From: Phallusia mammillata
Taxonomy: Eukaryota
DNA: 64,000 bases
Assembly (NCBI GenBank): GCA_965637545.1
Contig: OZ281494.1
Span: 12,896,001 to 12,960,000 of the forward strand
Reading direction: 5' to 3'
The notes under the pieces: model-generated
Seen by the model: only the letters and a program-made list of their open reading frames with translations
Databases searched by the model: none
What the model was told of the DNA's origin: nothing
Position numbers and translations under genes: made by a program
Part shown: positions 1 to 12,900 of the stretch, in pieces
How the letters are laid out: each line of letters opens with the position of its first letter
Numbering within the stretch: position 1 is the stretch's first letter

Positions 1-610
1 TTAATAAGCGATGTAAGTGTTGAAGGATGTTATATTTTATCTGCTAATTGCAATTTTGTATTTTTGAGCACCTTATTTTAACCAAGTGAAATCACAAATC
101 TTTTCACTGTGTGTTTATGCAGACAGGCGTCACTGCAAGTCTTCAATCTTATTTCATGCATAAAATAATAAACACGAACAATTTATTTGTAACGTTTTGT
201 TTTTGAGACAACTATGAAAGGGTAAGTAGCGAAACCGACGACAGCCACGGAAGCATGCAGAACAACTTTCGTGGCAAATTCTTTTTAATATTATGTTCTG
301 AATGTTTCAAATCCACCTGATAGTGAAACAAATGAATGTTATTTTACAATGACGCCAAGTGAGTTTCGTGGGACAATGAATTGAAAAACAAACGAAGTCA
401 GTCCGTTTAATTGCATAGAGATTGCAACCGTAACCAGCTGTTGCCAAAATCGTACGGTTAATTGCACAAAAAAGTTTGTGAATTGGTTATGCGATTAACT
501 GGATTCGTTTCCATTTTGCCTTGCCTAGATTTTCCTGCCCCTGCGGCCTTATAGATCTAATCCCCTTCCTAAATACCCCTACAAAGAAATATATATATAC
601 ACCATTAAAC

Positions 611-1702
611 CAGGGGTGCAAATTTTTTTTTAAGTTTGGTAGCGCGCAGAAAATTAGCAGCACACATGTTTTTGTATATGTGTCTATTTCCACATTATGC
701 ACAACCATGTCGCTATTAATAGCCATATCGCAGGTTCCTAATTTACAAACGGCCACCAAATGTCTCAATTTTTTGTAATAATCTGGTGATTCAAAAAAAA
801 ATCATTTATTTCACAGTGTCCCATTTGCTTGTGCCTGAAAGTTTATACCTAATCCACAGATTGAACTGAACAGTTTGATGATCGGTCTCAATTGTTAATG
901 ACGTCACTATCTAGTGTTAAGTTGTGTGTTACTTGAACATTTGGCATTGTTTGCATACAATAGCGTACAAGCGAGATCTCTCTAGAAGCCCCGCAAAATT
1001 TAGTTATACCACTTTTTAAACCCTAAAAATAAGTTTAAATCAACGCATGACCGCCAACACATATACTTTAATATACAGTTACAGTATCACAAATTCGTCT
1101 GCCGAAGGCACATATCCAGTTTTTAATTCGACACCTGACGAATCGTCGTTAAAATTGCTGATTCGGCAAATCGGTCTTTAGACTTATCTCTTACGTTTTT
1201 CTTATACGAACAGCAAACGTTCAAACCTGACGCACAGATTGTGTTGCAATATGGCAACTGAATCAAAAGTCCGTGTGAAGTAACTGTTCGCAAAAGTAGT
1301 TAAGAAAACGGCTGACTAAAGCACGTTTTACTCGTTTATAAATGTATCGGTGTTTGTTCTGATGCTGCCTAAGTATGGTATATTTTAATAAACTAGAAAT
1401 TAGTCTATTTTATTAAACTAAAACACAGTTAGCATCGCGATAGTGCCTCAAAAATTTAAAAGTTGCGACTAACATAAATCGGTCGAGGCTTGATCCAAGC
1501 GTGTTTTCTCGCGAAAACAATCTTGGTAGTTGCCTGAACTCTATATTTCCGCTAGTTGTGCCACTGCCTCGGTACTTTATTAATATTCTGATAAATGAGT
1601 TATGAAAATATAACCACCTATAATTGTTTCTGCAAATTAGGTCGCGCACGCAAGTTTATTGGTCGCGCGGCGCGACCGTGCGACCGCATTTTTGCACCCC
1701 TG
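611..1702. mobile_element. Non-autonomous hAT DNA transposon
   Basis: 12-bp TIRs CAGGGGTGCAAA / TTTGCACCCCTG; perfect 8-bp TSD CATTAAAC at 603-610 and 1703-1710; GGTCGC/GCGACC subterminal motifs; no transposase ORF. Confidence 0.9.
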
Positions 1703-2386
1703 CATTAAACTAATAATCGGAATATATTTATTTCTAAAGAAGGCACAGCATTTACAGACATTGCATTCAAAGCACCCTAGAATGTAAAATTGTTACAATT
1801 ATACAACAACACGAACTAAATTGCACAATAAATAGATATAAGCAGGTTTCATGTTGTGGAACAAATATAAGCACACCCGTTACATCTGAATATCAGTAAG
1901 CATGTGACCAAGAGTGCTTTACTATGCATATATTATACACCGAGACATGCATAAAAATCTGGGTAACAGCACAAATTGAAATTTATCCCAAGTATCTCTG
2001 CTTCATATAAATATAATTGTGTATTTTTTTGTAACTTGTTTTTCCAATGTCAGGTAAGCATGTAGCACCACTATTATCACATTCTGGGCAAATTTATTGT
2101 GAAAATGTGAAATCTGCATTCAATCAAAGCTTAAGGTGGAAGTCAAATCTGGAACGTGCTTCATTGCTTTAAAGTTTAAACCGACACTTTTATGTACTTT
2201 GTGCCATAACAATCATGCTATCTTATCACATGATTGTATTACCAAAGAACTATTGGTAAACAGTATTTTCTGTATAGTGTCACACAACTGCATGCACTCA
2301 ACACAACAGAATTCATCTTAGTTGGGAATCAATGGTTTGTTTGAAACGGCATTGATTCTGCATTCCACCAATGACAAACTTGGTCC

Positions 2387-5300
2387 TCATTCATCTGTGT
2401 AAGAAGATGACATTGACAGCCAAGATGAGCTTAAGGCACCCAGCTTGGAGTATAGAGAGGAAGACAGTTTCTTCTGCTGAGAGTTTTTGTCTTCATCTTC
2501 ATCCACAGAGCGAGTGAGCTCCCGAAGTGCACTTGCCAACGGAAGCTGACGAGATACTGCTGTAAGACGTTTGTGAGATCGAGTTGACCGGCCACTTACA
2601 GGAAGATATGAAAATCTACACAAAAAATAGTATTTTTCGTACTATGATGAAAAGTTTGGGTCCAATAGTAAAACAAAGCTTTTGTATTTCAATAATTCTT
2701 ACACACAGAAATTTTGAACAAAACAACGAAATAACTTATATACTATAAGTTTTGTTGTCTTTTGTTTTTTATTGTATGTTGTCTTAATCATAAGAAATTG
2801 GTGGAGAGGGGTAGTTTTCATCAAACAAATGTGACACCCCATGATAATAAGAAGATTAAACACCTAGTCTTACATACATGCAAAACAAAAGTACATTAAA
2901 ACTTATACCTTCATCGGGTTTCTCTATTAAAAAACATTTCTAAAATGCTTACCTTCCACAGTCTGCTGTCATTGGTAAAACATTGTGTGAGTCTTTGACA
3001 ATTCCAAGTTTTTGAGGTCCAGCTGTTCCTACACGACCAGGTGCAGCAAGTATTCCAAGCATGATGGATGTGCGTTGAATATGACGCTGTAAGTTCCGTG
3101 TAATATGAGGTGAAAACACATCGAGGTCAAATGGATCGACATAGCTCTCCAGCCAATCAACTAGTTCAGTAAATGTGTATGTTGATGAACCTTCATCCAT
3201 TCTTGCATTATCATCATCATCATCTTCACTATCATAATCTTTGTCTTGTGCTTCAGTCATTGGCGTCTGATACAGCAACATGTGAATATAACGCAGGTCA
3301 AATAAACACTGCAGTGCCCATGTTTGTGAGGGAACCATTGCTTCTCCATGGGTTCGACTTTGTCCATGTAGACTTGTATCGGCAGTAGACAAGGTGTGCC
3401 TCAACTCTGAAAAAGCCCCCAGGATCAATTTCAAACATTTTTGTGCCACATCGCGAAGGGTAAACCTGCATGTTGAGAAACCACCAACGCCAGTAATTCT
3501 TGAACAGAGGGTGTATAAAAGATCCTGTGTAAAGGAGGTGGTGGATGAAGGAATTTTAATGTGGGATGTGACCGTTGAGCCAGTCTCACTTTCTTCTTCC
3601 ACAGCAATAACATCCCATGAGGTTATGGTCTTGAGAAGAAAACCATTTTCTACTGATGAGAGCAGCTGATTTTTAAAGTCTTTGAAAACGTTTGAGAGAA
3701 TATTGTCACACCAAATACACATTAGTTCCCGACATTGTTTGTTCATTGCTACAACGATGGTCTTCCATTCACTGTCTGTACTTGCTGAATCCATTTTGCT
3801 CTTTGACATAATCATATCCCGATACTGGCTTCTAGCTGACACTTGTTTCACACCATCTTCAGAGATTGTACAGCAGTGATAAAATGATGTGCAAATTTCA
3901 AAAAAATTACGGCAAACCAGAGACAGCTCTAAAACCTTTGTCAGATTTTCAGGAGTTGCCTTGGCATTTTCAGAGCTAAATTGTTCCTTTAAAGTAGAAA
4001 TATATTCCAAAAGATTGTGCAAAAACTGCAAACATGTGCTTCTCAGTTGAGTGCGTATAGCGGTGCCTTCCACATTTGTTTCCAGTGGTTCATCTTTAGT
4101 AAGACTAAACACAGATTTTCGCTTTTCCAAGTTGCTCTTTTTTATTCCAGGCACATAACATTCCAAATCATCCAGCAAAGAAACTATTACAGAGTTTATT
4201 TCTGAACACAGTTGGTGAACTCTTGGTGTTATGGTAAGTGCCTTAAGGGACAAACCACCTTGCTTTTGAAGATCGTGGGTTTTTCTACTTTGCCAATGGT
4301 TCCATGCCATGGAGGGCAAAATATCATCTTCATGTTCTTGCCAAACATAAGAACAAACATTAAGGTATTTTTCTGATGTAGAACAAGCTGACAATATTTG
4401 TTTACTTTCTGTCAACAAAGTAATAAATGTTTCATTAACTAACTGGCTTACTTTGTCAACAAACAAATCATTTAGAATTTCTTCCCATATCATAACTTCA
4501 CGACCAAATATTGAAGAACAAGAGAGTGACCATTTTTTGACTGTTTCTTGAGATGCTTCGCCATCTGTAAACATCCACTCTGCCTTATCATCACCCTTAT
4601 CCTGGCAGGTGGGTGTATCAATGTTAACAATTTCCAATAATGAATTGCGAATAATGGCCAAGTCTTTGGCATTTGTGGTAAACTTCAGAAGATCTCTTAT
4701 CCCTTTTACCATGATTTCCTTGATGTCAGCAAGCCAAAGTCCACATTCTTTTTGAAGCAACTCCTGTGAAACAACCAGTTCCACCGATTTCAAGTCTGCA
4801 AGGTTTTTCGTTGTTTCTGCAGGCAAATGTTTACTCCAAAGCTTTGTGGCCTCATGGTTTCCCATAAACCTATTTATCACATCATGAGATGACTGGTTAG
4901 CACAACTCTCAAGAAGCTCTGCCACCAAGCCATTAGAATCTTGACAAAACAGCTTAGAGATATTCATAACAGTTTGAACCAAAACTGACGTGCTTTCGCA
5001 TATCCTTGCTTTTGCTCCAATACTTTGGTAAGCAGATTCTGAGCTGAGAATATCTGCAATTACCTGTTTTCGTGATTGTAGCATGGTCTTGAAAATATCA
5101 AAAGCAGATTGCTTGTTCAAAAGGACGATTGAACAGAGCGCTTCAGCAGTTTTTGATGGGTCTACGAGATGATCTGTAAGTCTTGAGTGACATTGCTTCA
5201 GGATTGCTGAGCCCAGGTTAGCGACTGCTTGGGCTTGCTGGCCCAACATTGGGAACCAAAGCAGTATAGGACTGTACGATGCACCGAGCGAAAGGTTTTT

Positions 5301-6235
5301 CACCACTTGCAGACTCTAAAATACATGCAAAGTGTTTACAATGAAATCAAGGAAAAACAAACATCAGAAGATATTTTTAACACCTGAAGATATAGGAAGG
5401 ATGCACTGATCATGTTTCCAGATTCAACTTGGGACCAAATTTTCTCAGGAAGTTCCATTAAAACTTTTGCCTCTGCTGAAATTTCCATGTACCTAATATT
5501 CCATAATATTTTTTTTCACTAATTCTATCTATTGTTTATTAGTTTTTAGTCCATTAGAATAGATAATGATAACAAACATTAAATCAACACTCAATGCTCA
5601 ACTGATGCAATAGTCATATCAATTTTACACATTTTTGCCAATTCTGGTATCATTGGTTAAGTTAAGCCACCAAGCCCACCATGTACAAAAACGATTGCAA
5701 ACATGCAGTATTAACCTTTTGTGGTCTTTTGCAGATTGCTTTTGTTTGGCACGGGATTCTCTTTTGGTTTTGACTGTTTTGGCAGAGCAAAAAAGCTTCA
5801 AGTCTTTAATCGAGTCTCCAACATTAGCAGAACACCGTTTCATCTCTGCAATCGTGTCAGCAGCTTCAATAAGATCTCGATATCTAAATACAATTTTAGG
5901 ATTAACATTTTTAATTTTTTAATTGATAAAAGCTACTCTGTTTTAACTGACAGCTTGCACTTTTTGGCTTGAAGTTAAAACCAAATTTCCAATAAATTGC
6001 AGTATTATTCACAGTTAAAATCTTTGGCAGATATGATACATGTATTAATTTATCATGTATACAATACAAACAGCAAAATTTACAAGCAACAACCAGCAAA
6101 CTATATGTGTTACCGTTCTCCAACCATTTGTCGCAATTCCTCCTTTTTTAACTCAATTTCACGTCGAGTTTTGCTTTCCAGTTCGTTCATTTCGTCCACA
6201 TTTTTATCGGTAAAAAGTTGAGTTACTGACTCCAT
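2387..6235 (-). CDS. COG1: Conserved oligomeric Golgi complex subunit 1; exons 6235-6114, 5883-5716, 5492-5384, 5315-2953, 2615-2387 (996 aa)
   Basis: Spliced N-terminus has the Vps51/COG1 signature KKEELRQMVGERYRDLIEAADTIAEM, then KVLMELPEKIW; C-terminal WLESYVDPFDLDVFSPHI...RFSYLP. All four introns are GT-AG and phases give one open frame of 2991 nt. Confidence 0.93.
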
Positions 6236-6923
6236 GATATGCTTCTGTACCACAATCGAAAGTCGCTACATTTACTGTAACTAACTCTAGAAAAAACGAT
6301 TCCGAAAGTAGTTCACACTTTACAATTTTTATGTTTGCGAAAAATGTGAAAAATTGCCGTGTCGCCGATTGTTGTTTGTGTAATAGACCGGAAAATTTTT
6401 TAGACATCGCACAATTTCATAGACAACCTAAATTAGTAAATATCCTCCAAAAAATGAAGCATGTTACTACAGTTATTTAGCACACATTGTTTTAGAAAAG
6501 AAAAATAATAGTTTTGGCTGATAAGATTTTTTGCATGATCTTGAAATATGGCGGTTCTCAGCAGTTATCTGCTGCAACACCGGTCTCTAGATTTCTGAAA
6601 CAGGAAAATGAAACAAACAAACCAACATATTCGTAAATGCATAACGAGAAAATTATTGGTTTTCAAATACTAATCGAGTAAACTATTAAGTTTATTATTT
6701 GCGTGTGTAGTTTTGTTTCTTTTGGTTCCTTTTTACCAAATTGATTTAAGGTCAAAGTTCGTGAAAGCAAACATGGAAAGCAGTCTTGCGTGGCTGCTCC
6801 TGGCTGCATTTTCTGAAGATAGTAATAAGGGGACCTGATTTTATGTGAATAAAATTGGGTTTTTCCCATGACCTATTAATGTAGATAATTGCAGTATATG
6901 TTTTAAAATATTTGTTAAGTAGA
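6236..6923. promoter_or_regulatory. Probable bidirectional promoter region between COG1 and the ZFR-like gene
   Basis: 688 bp between divergent start codons (6235 minus, 6924 plus). Positional inference only; no specific elements identified. Confidence 0.55.
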
Positions 6924-9900
6924 ATGGCGTACTACCCAGGACAATATGGGTAAGTTTTTAAACTAAAAACATTTCAAACAATTCAGAACAAAGTTTGTTA
7001 TTTTTCAGTTGTTTTATTGTCAAAATGGTCATGTGCAATAAATTTAACTTGTAAAATAGATTAAAATGAAAATATACAAAGCACATGTATTGAATTCATC
7101 TACTGCAATTTTTTACAATATGTATTTTTAAGTAATTAGTTTTAAACATTTTAGGCAGTACAGCCAACCAACAGCAGCACCAGCAGCATCAGGATATAAC
7201 AACCCTCAACAAGTAACTGCAAATTACACACAATATGGAAATTTTAATAGTTCTGCATCTGGAACAAGCACTTCATCAACCAACACATCAACTGTTGCAT
7301 CATCATTCGGGTAATTCAACAGCTGTTTTTCTGTAGAGATAAACTGATATGTTTTTTAAAGGCCGGGAACGATTATTAGTACATCAGTGGGCCGATAGAA
7401 AACCAATAATTTGTTTCCAGTTAAAGGCCTACATTTTTACCTTTTCAATGGCAAAACAATCTCCAAAGATGTTCAAAAAATACAAACGTTAGGTGATTTA
7501 ATGGTGGGGTAACAAAAATTGCAGTGCTAAGGTTTTGCTTTGCTTTATGTATGTAATAAATGTTAATAAACAAAAACTTGTAAAAATGAAACTTAAGAAT
7601 GCCATGACAGAGCATCAAAGTTTTTTAAGTTGCTTTGCCTTTATACCAATCATCGATGGCCAATGCATAAGGCAGAGACACAGTTGTGTCATGCAATAAT
7701 AATATAGTTACAAACAGTGTTTTTTTAAGGTTTTTTTTTTCTCCAGCGGTTTCCCAAAATTTGCCAGTAGCCTAATAAATAATTCGTTTAAAGCAAATAT
7801 GGCTATTTTTTGGTATTTAAATAAAACACTTGCGGTCTCTTAAAACTACTTAGCGGTCACCCAAACCAAACCTTAAAAAAAAACCTGGTTACAAACATCC
7901 CATTTATTGGCACTCGGATGACAAAAACAATACTGTTAATCTGTACAGTACCAAGTTAATTGCCTGACATTTATTTATTACATTGCTTTTAATGTGTATG
8001 TATGCTGCACTTCTTACCAAAAAGTTTTTATCTTGAAGTTTATTAGTTGTTGCTCAAATCTTTCTGTAGCAACATGTATTAAATCATGAATTTCTTTAGT
8101 TTCTTTTCACGCTTTGTTATTTTCTGTCTTTTTTGGTAGCTACCAACAAACTTCTGTGGCAAGCACAACGCCATCACAAACAACCGCACAAACTTTTCCA
8201 TCCCAGTCATACTATGGTTACACCAACGTTAGCAGTACTACAGTCAATCAACCAACATTTCACAACTTTGCTGTAAGTGCTTTCATTCAAATCTTTGTTT
8301 TATACATTTTGTCACTTTTTATCATGAGTTTAGTAATTTGAGTGACCTAAATGCACAATGTTATGGGTGGCCTTTTTGGTTTTCTAATTTTAATCAAAAT
8401 ATCCAGTTTTTAGAAGGTTTCCTGCATAATATTTTGCTTGGATATTAAACAAAAATGAGCAATTTTATTGTGAAAGGAAAGTTGTCCTAATAAAATACTT
8501 TTACACAAACATTTATTGCATTGAAATTTGATGCTATGTTGTTGAAATATATATATATGTTGATGCCAGCCACTCTTAAAAGCAAAATTATGATGTGTTG
8601 TGTAATGTTTTTTGAACAGGTTTCATGTACAGTAAAAACTGACAAAGCATTAAATGTATGTAACTTTGCAATTCTTGTTTCAGAATCTTTGGTACAGTCA
8701 GACAACAGCAAATAACGCTGCTGCTGCTGCTCAGACAACAGCGCAACAACAACAATCCACACAGACAAGACAAGCTCAAATGTCCGTTCAACAAGTTGCT
8801 TCTTTGCATGCTCAGGTATAAGGTTAAACTGAAACCAGTGTTTCTCTTTTTTAGCTTGTTTTATTCTGGAAAACAAAAACCACCCTGGCCACTGATTTGT
8901 TTGACCTTTTATCATGATAAATAAAAAGTTGCATAAATTGAATTTTCATGCTGATGTTTTTGTAATGTTGAATGATAGATTCTAACAAATATACACTCCA
9001 TAATGTGATGTAACGCTTAAGTATGGTCAAAGGTTACTTCATTTCCCTTTTTTGAGGTACAGTTATGCCAAATATACTGCATACCTATTTGGCTTGCTGA
9101 ATATTTAGTGCCTTCAAAATAGCCCCAAGGGAGATTACATAATGAAGCTCAGACATATGTTTGCAAGCTGTGAGACTTAAGTTTTTTTTTTTAGTCAGTA
9201 TTACAGTCAAGTGGGGTAAAAAAAAAACATTTTTTGAAAATTTTGTTACCATACTTTTGTATTGTTTTGGATAAAAAAATTTGCTTCAGATGTGAGGGCA
9301 TTTTTCTACCCCAACTTCGGTATAATTTTTTTACTGCATTTAACTATGTGCTGTTTTGTGCCTAGTTTACTTATAATATTTGTAGACCAACTTACATGTT
9401 TTCTCTAATAGCATTTTCCTAAATGTAAATGTTATAGCAGTTTTCATATTGTTGCAGTACATGGGATATCAGCAGGCATTTGTACAACAGCAGCAACAAC
9501 AATATCAACAACAGCAACAACAACTTGCAAACACAGGTAATAACTTAGAGGTAGAAGTTATTCATTCCTTATAACAACTGCTTTGTTTTATGTGTAAGCA
9601 ATTGTTGGGGTGTTTTTAACGGGAGGTATAGTGAACACAATGCATCAACAATTTGCAGTTACATCTGTATTTTAAACAACCTTAATTGTTGTGGTTTAAT
9701 ACTGAAATGTTGTATTCTACAGTTGCTACTACAGCTGCATCACAACAAGCTTATAAATCACCAATTGGGGCAAAATCAAGTCCCCAATCCAACATCGGCA
9801 TAAACCAAACCACAGTTGCTGGTAAATCAGTTGTTTTTTATTGTAATATACAAATAAATATGCTGAATGTGGGATTGGTGTTTATGGTGTTTAAAAGTTG

Positions 9901-12900
9901 GCGCTTGTTAACTGTTTGTACTTTTCTACTGCTGCTCTGCATTTACATAATGCAAGTGGTTTATGTTTGAACATGTCTGCCAACACTTGGCATTACTGCT
10001 TGGACTTTTATTCTGTTGCTTTGCATTTTTTATTCTTCACATAATGCTGGTGGTTTATGTTTGAACATGTCTGCCAACAGAGTTTGATATTTACACAAAC
10101 CTTGCTTACTTGTATCTTGCTGTCACAGCTTCTTGGGGTAATGCTGCCACCCCACGAACTCAGCATGAAAGTTTTCCAACTATTCCTCTACCAAACCAAC
10201 CACAGGTATTTTGAAAGTCTTGTTGTATTGTTCTTGTAAGAATGTGTGAGCTTTTATTATTTAGGGGTAGCATTTTTCAAATATAAATGTTTTTATTGAA
10301 TTTAATGTTGATTTTCTTTTAGACCGATCCTGTTAGTCGTACAACTGGTTGGGGGGCAACTTTTACCCCTCAACAGCACCCTCCTTCTCAACCCCCACAA
10401 CCCCAGGGTAAAGATTGGACCCATGTAACAACTGGATACCAACAGCAGGTATGAACCAGTATTATCTGATTTAAAAGAAATATTTTTTTAGAAATATAAA
10501 AAAAATTGATTTTTCTTTAGTACAGAGTTTTTGAACCTGTTTTTTCTTTTTAACTTTTTATAGATACAGAACTAAAAGTAGTGGATTAATCCTATAGAGA
10601 TTCTTATAGAGCCTTCTTCTTTATATTTGCCACCTAAGTGTGTACAATTTACTGCTTGGGGACAAATTTATCCTGGTTTAAGAACCACTGTTTTAGTTGG
10701 TGCTTTGCTATATGCATTGTCTGGTACTGTTCAAGTCTTGCATATTGAGTACATTCCAAATATGTGTTAATATTAACAAAAACAACCCAACTTTTTTGTC
10801 CTAGAATCTTTCAAGAGGTAATTACGGTGTATCTGGGGGTGACTTCAGTTGGTCACAGCAACAGGCACAGATGAACATGCAACGCCAAAACCAGGCATTT
10901 ACTCAGCAAGGAAAAACTCCAAGTTACCCCAACCAATCTCCACAGTATGGTGGTCAGCAGCAGCAAGGTAAATTCACTTGAAAACATTTTTTGTAAGAAA
11001 TCACAAGTCTGTAACAAAGTGCTTCCAATGACTATAATTCTGCTTTAAGTGACATGTGAATTAATTAAAGCCTCTTTTTTAACTAGGACCCAACCTTGAT
11101 ACTCGGGCATACAACAGTAGACCTCCGGATCCAGCAAATTTTCCTCCTGATGCCCGTGCTGCTTGGGGCCAGCATGCAAACAATTGGGGTGAAAACTGGA
11201 ACAAAGACCAAGGTTGGGGTGATTGGAATGGGGCCCAAAACCGACCCAGAGTAAATGAGGATGGACCCAACATACCCCCATTTCCTGAAGCATGGCAGAT
11301 GGGAAACCAACCCCCAGGGCAGAATGGGAATTGGGATGAGCGTAATCGAGCTAATTGGAACCAAGCCAACTGGCAGCAGGTTAGGAGATACATTTTATTT
11401 TTGGAAGGCAATCATTTGGATGCTAAATTGTAATGCAAGGTATGACTATCTCACTCACTATTTATAGTTTTGCATATCAAAACACTATTCATTGTTATGA
11501 CTTATGATATTTATGGGTCCCCTTCCCTGAAGGGGACACATATTGTTTTGTCTATATTTTTTTTTTCTTTCTAACACGGATTTGTTCCCACGTTTTGGTC
11601 AAGAAAGAATGGTTCAAACTTTTTCAAATTTACACACATTATAGATATTGGTCTAAAGATGGTCCATGTGAATTTTGACCCCGTTTGACCCCTCGGTTCA
11701 CCCACAGCCCCCCAAAACGTGAATTTTTTAACGCAGATTTGTTCCCACGTTTTGGTCAAGAAAGAATGGTTCAAACTTTCTCAAATTTACTCTTATTATA
11801 GATATTGGTCAAACGATGGTCCATGTGAATTTTGACCCCGTTTGACCCCTCGGTTCACCCACAGCCCCCCAAAACGTGAAATTTTTGAAACGGCTATACT
11901 TGCTAAAGCAGATGTTTCTGGAGTTTCATACTTTTTGATTGGTACATTGCAGCGTATTTTAAACTATTTTGAAACTTGAAGTTGTATATATCCATTTTCA
12001 CCCCTTTACCCCCAAATATTTGTTTGTTTGTTCACATGTTATTGAGGCCAGAAATACAAGACTTAACCTGCTGAAATTTTTAACAGCTGTGGATAGGGTG
12101 CTCCTTGTTGGCTGGTAAAAATTTCAGTGCAATCGGCTCAGTAATAGTAAAAATATGTTTTTACATGCTGTCTTCTGTCATATTTGTGCTCGCTCAGTGC
12201 ACAGCTGACGCAATGGGAATGATTGACGATAGTGGCACATGGAAAAATGCCTCTGCTTCACGCATGAACGCAGTCGTCACTTGACCATTTTCTCTCTGGT
12301 TGGAATTGAGATGATACGGTGTTAGTGATATTGCGCTGTAAACGTTAACGCTGCGGGGTCACGGCAGGGACAGGCGATGCGTATGACGTCATGACCGTAT
12401 TTGCCTGTCGCTCAGTGCACGGCTGACGCAATGGGAGTGATTGACCATAGTGGCGCATAGAAAAAAATGCCTCAGCTTCACGCATGAACGCAGTCGTTAC
12501 GTGACCATTTTCTCAGTCAGATAGAAGTATCAACTCTCAAGGGAGTAATTCACTTGTTTACGATTAAGGCGGGTGAATGCAGCGGGAGTGCTCAGCTTGA
12601 CGTCCGGACGGACGTTTTATGAGGCAGTCGTGTCGGTGATTAGAAATCAGCTGTTTTTGCGCAGCTATGCTATGTCGTTTTATTAAGTTATCAAGCACAT
12701 TTTAAGTTTTGGAAAATTGTGTTTAAAAACTGACCTTGAACGACAATATCAAGGTCAAAGCATGAGAATAAATTGAAAGTATTTCCTGTTATTTTTTCCT
12801 ATTTACTGTTTTTTTGTAATTATATGACAATAATGATGCAAAAACAATACGGACAAAACTTTTTGGGTTAAGGCTAAAGTTGGTTAAGCTTGTCCTTAAG

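Noticed and set aside
3654-3700. Other CTGATGA words (antisense to COG1; also about 29906, 37196, 35614, 41037 in CDSs)
   Set aside because: No stem II, GAAA and stem III geometry follows; they are explained by codons.
2953-5315. Unusually long 2363-nt COG1 coding exon
   Set aside because: Real, but most simply explained by ordinary intron loss; the other four introns remain, so it is not a retrocopy.
7359-7680. Possible MITE in an early ZFR intron
   Set aside because: Could not define matching TIRs or a TSD.
11581-11890. Tandem repeats as a possible CRISPR array
   Set aside because: Eukaryotic intron, two adjacent 157-bp units, no unique spacers, no cas genes.
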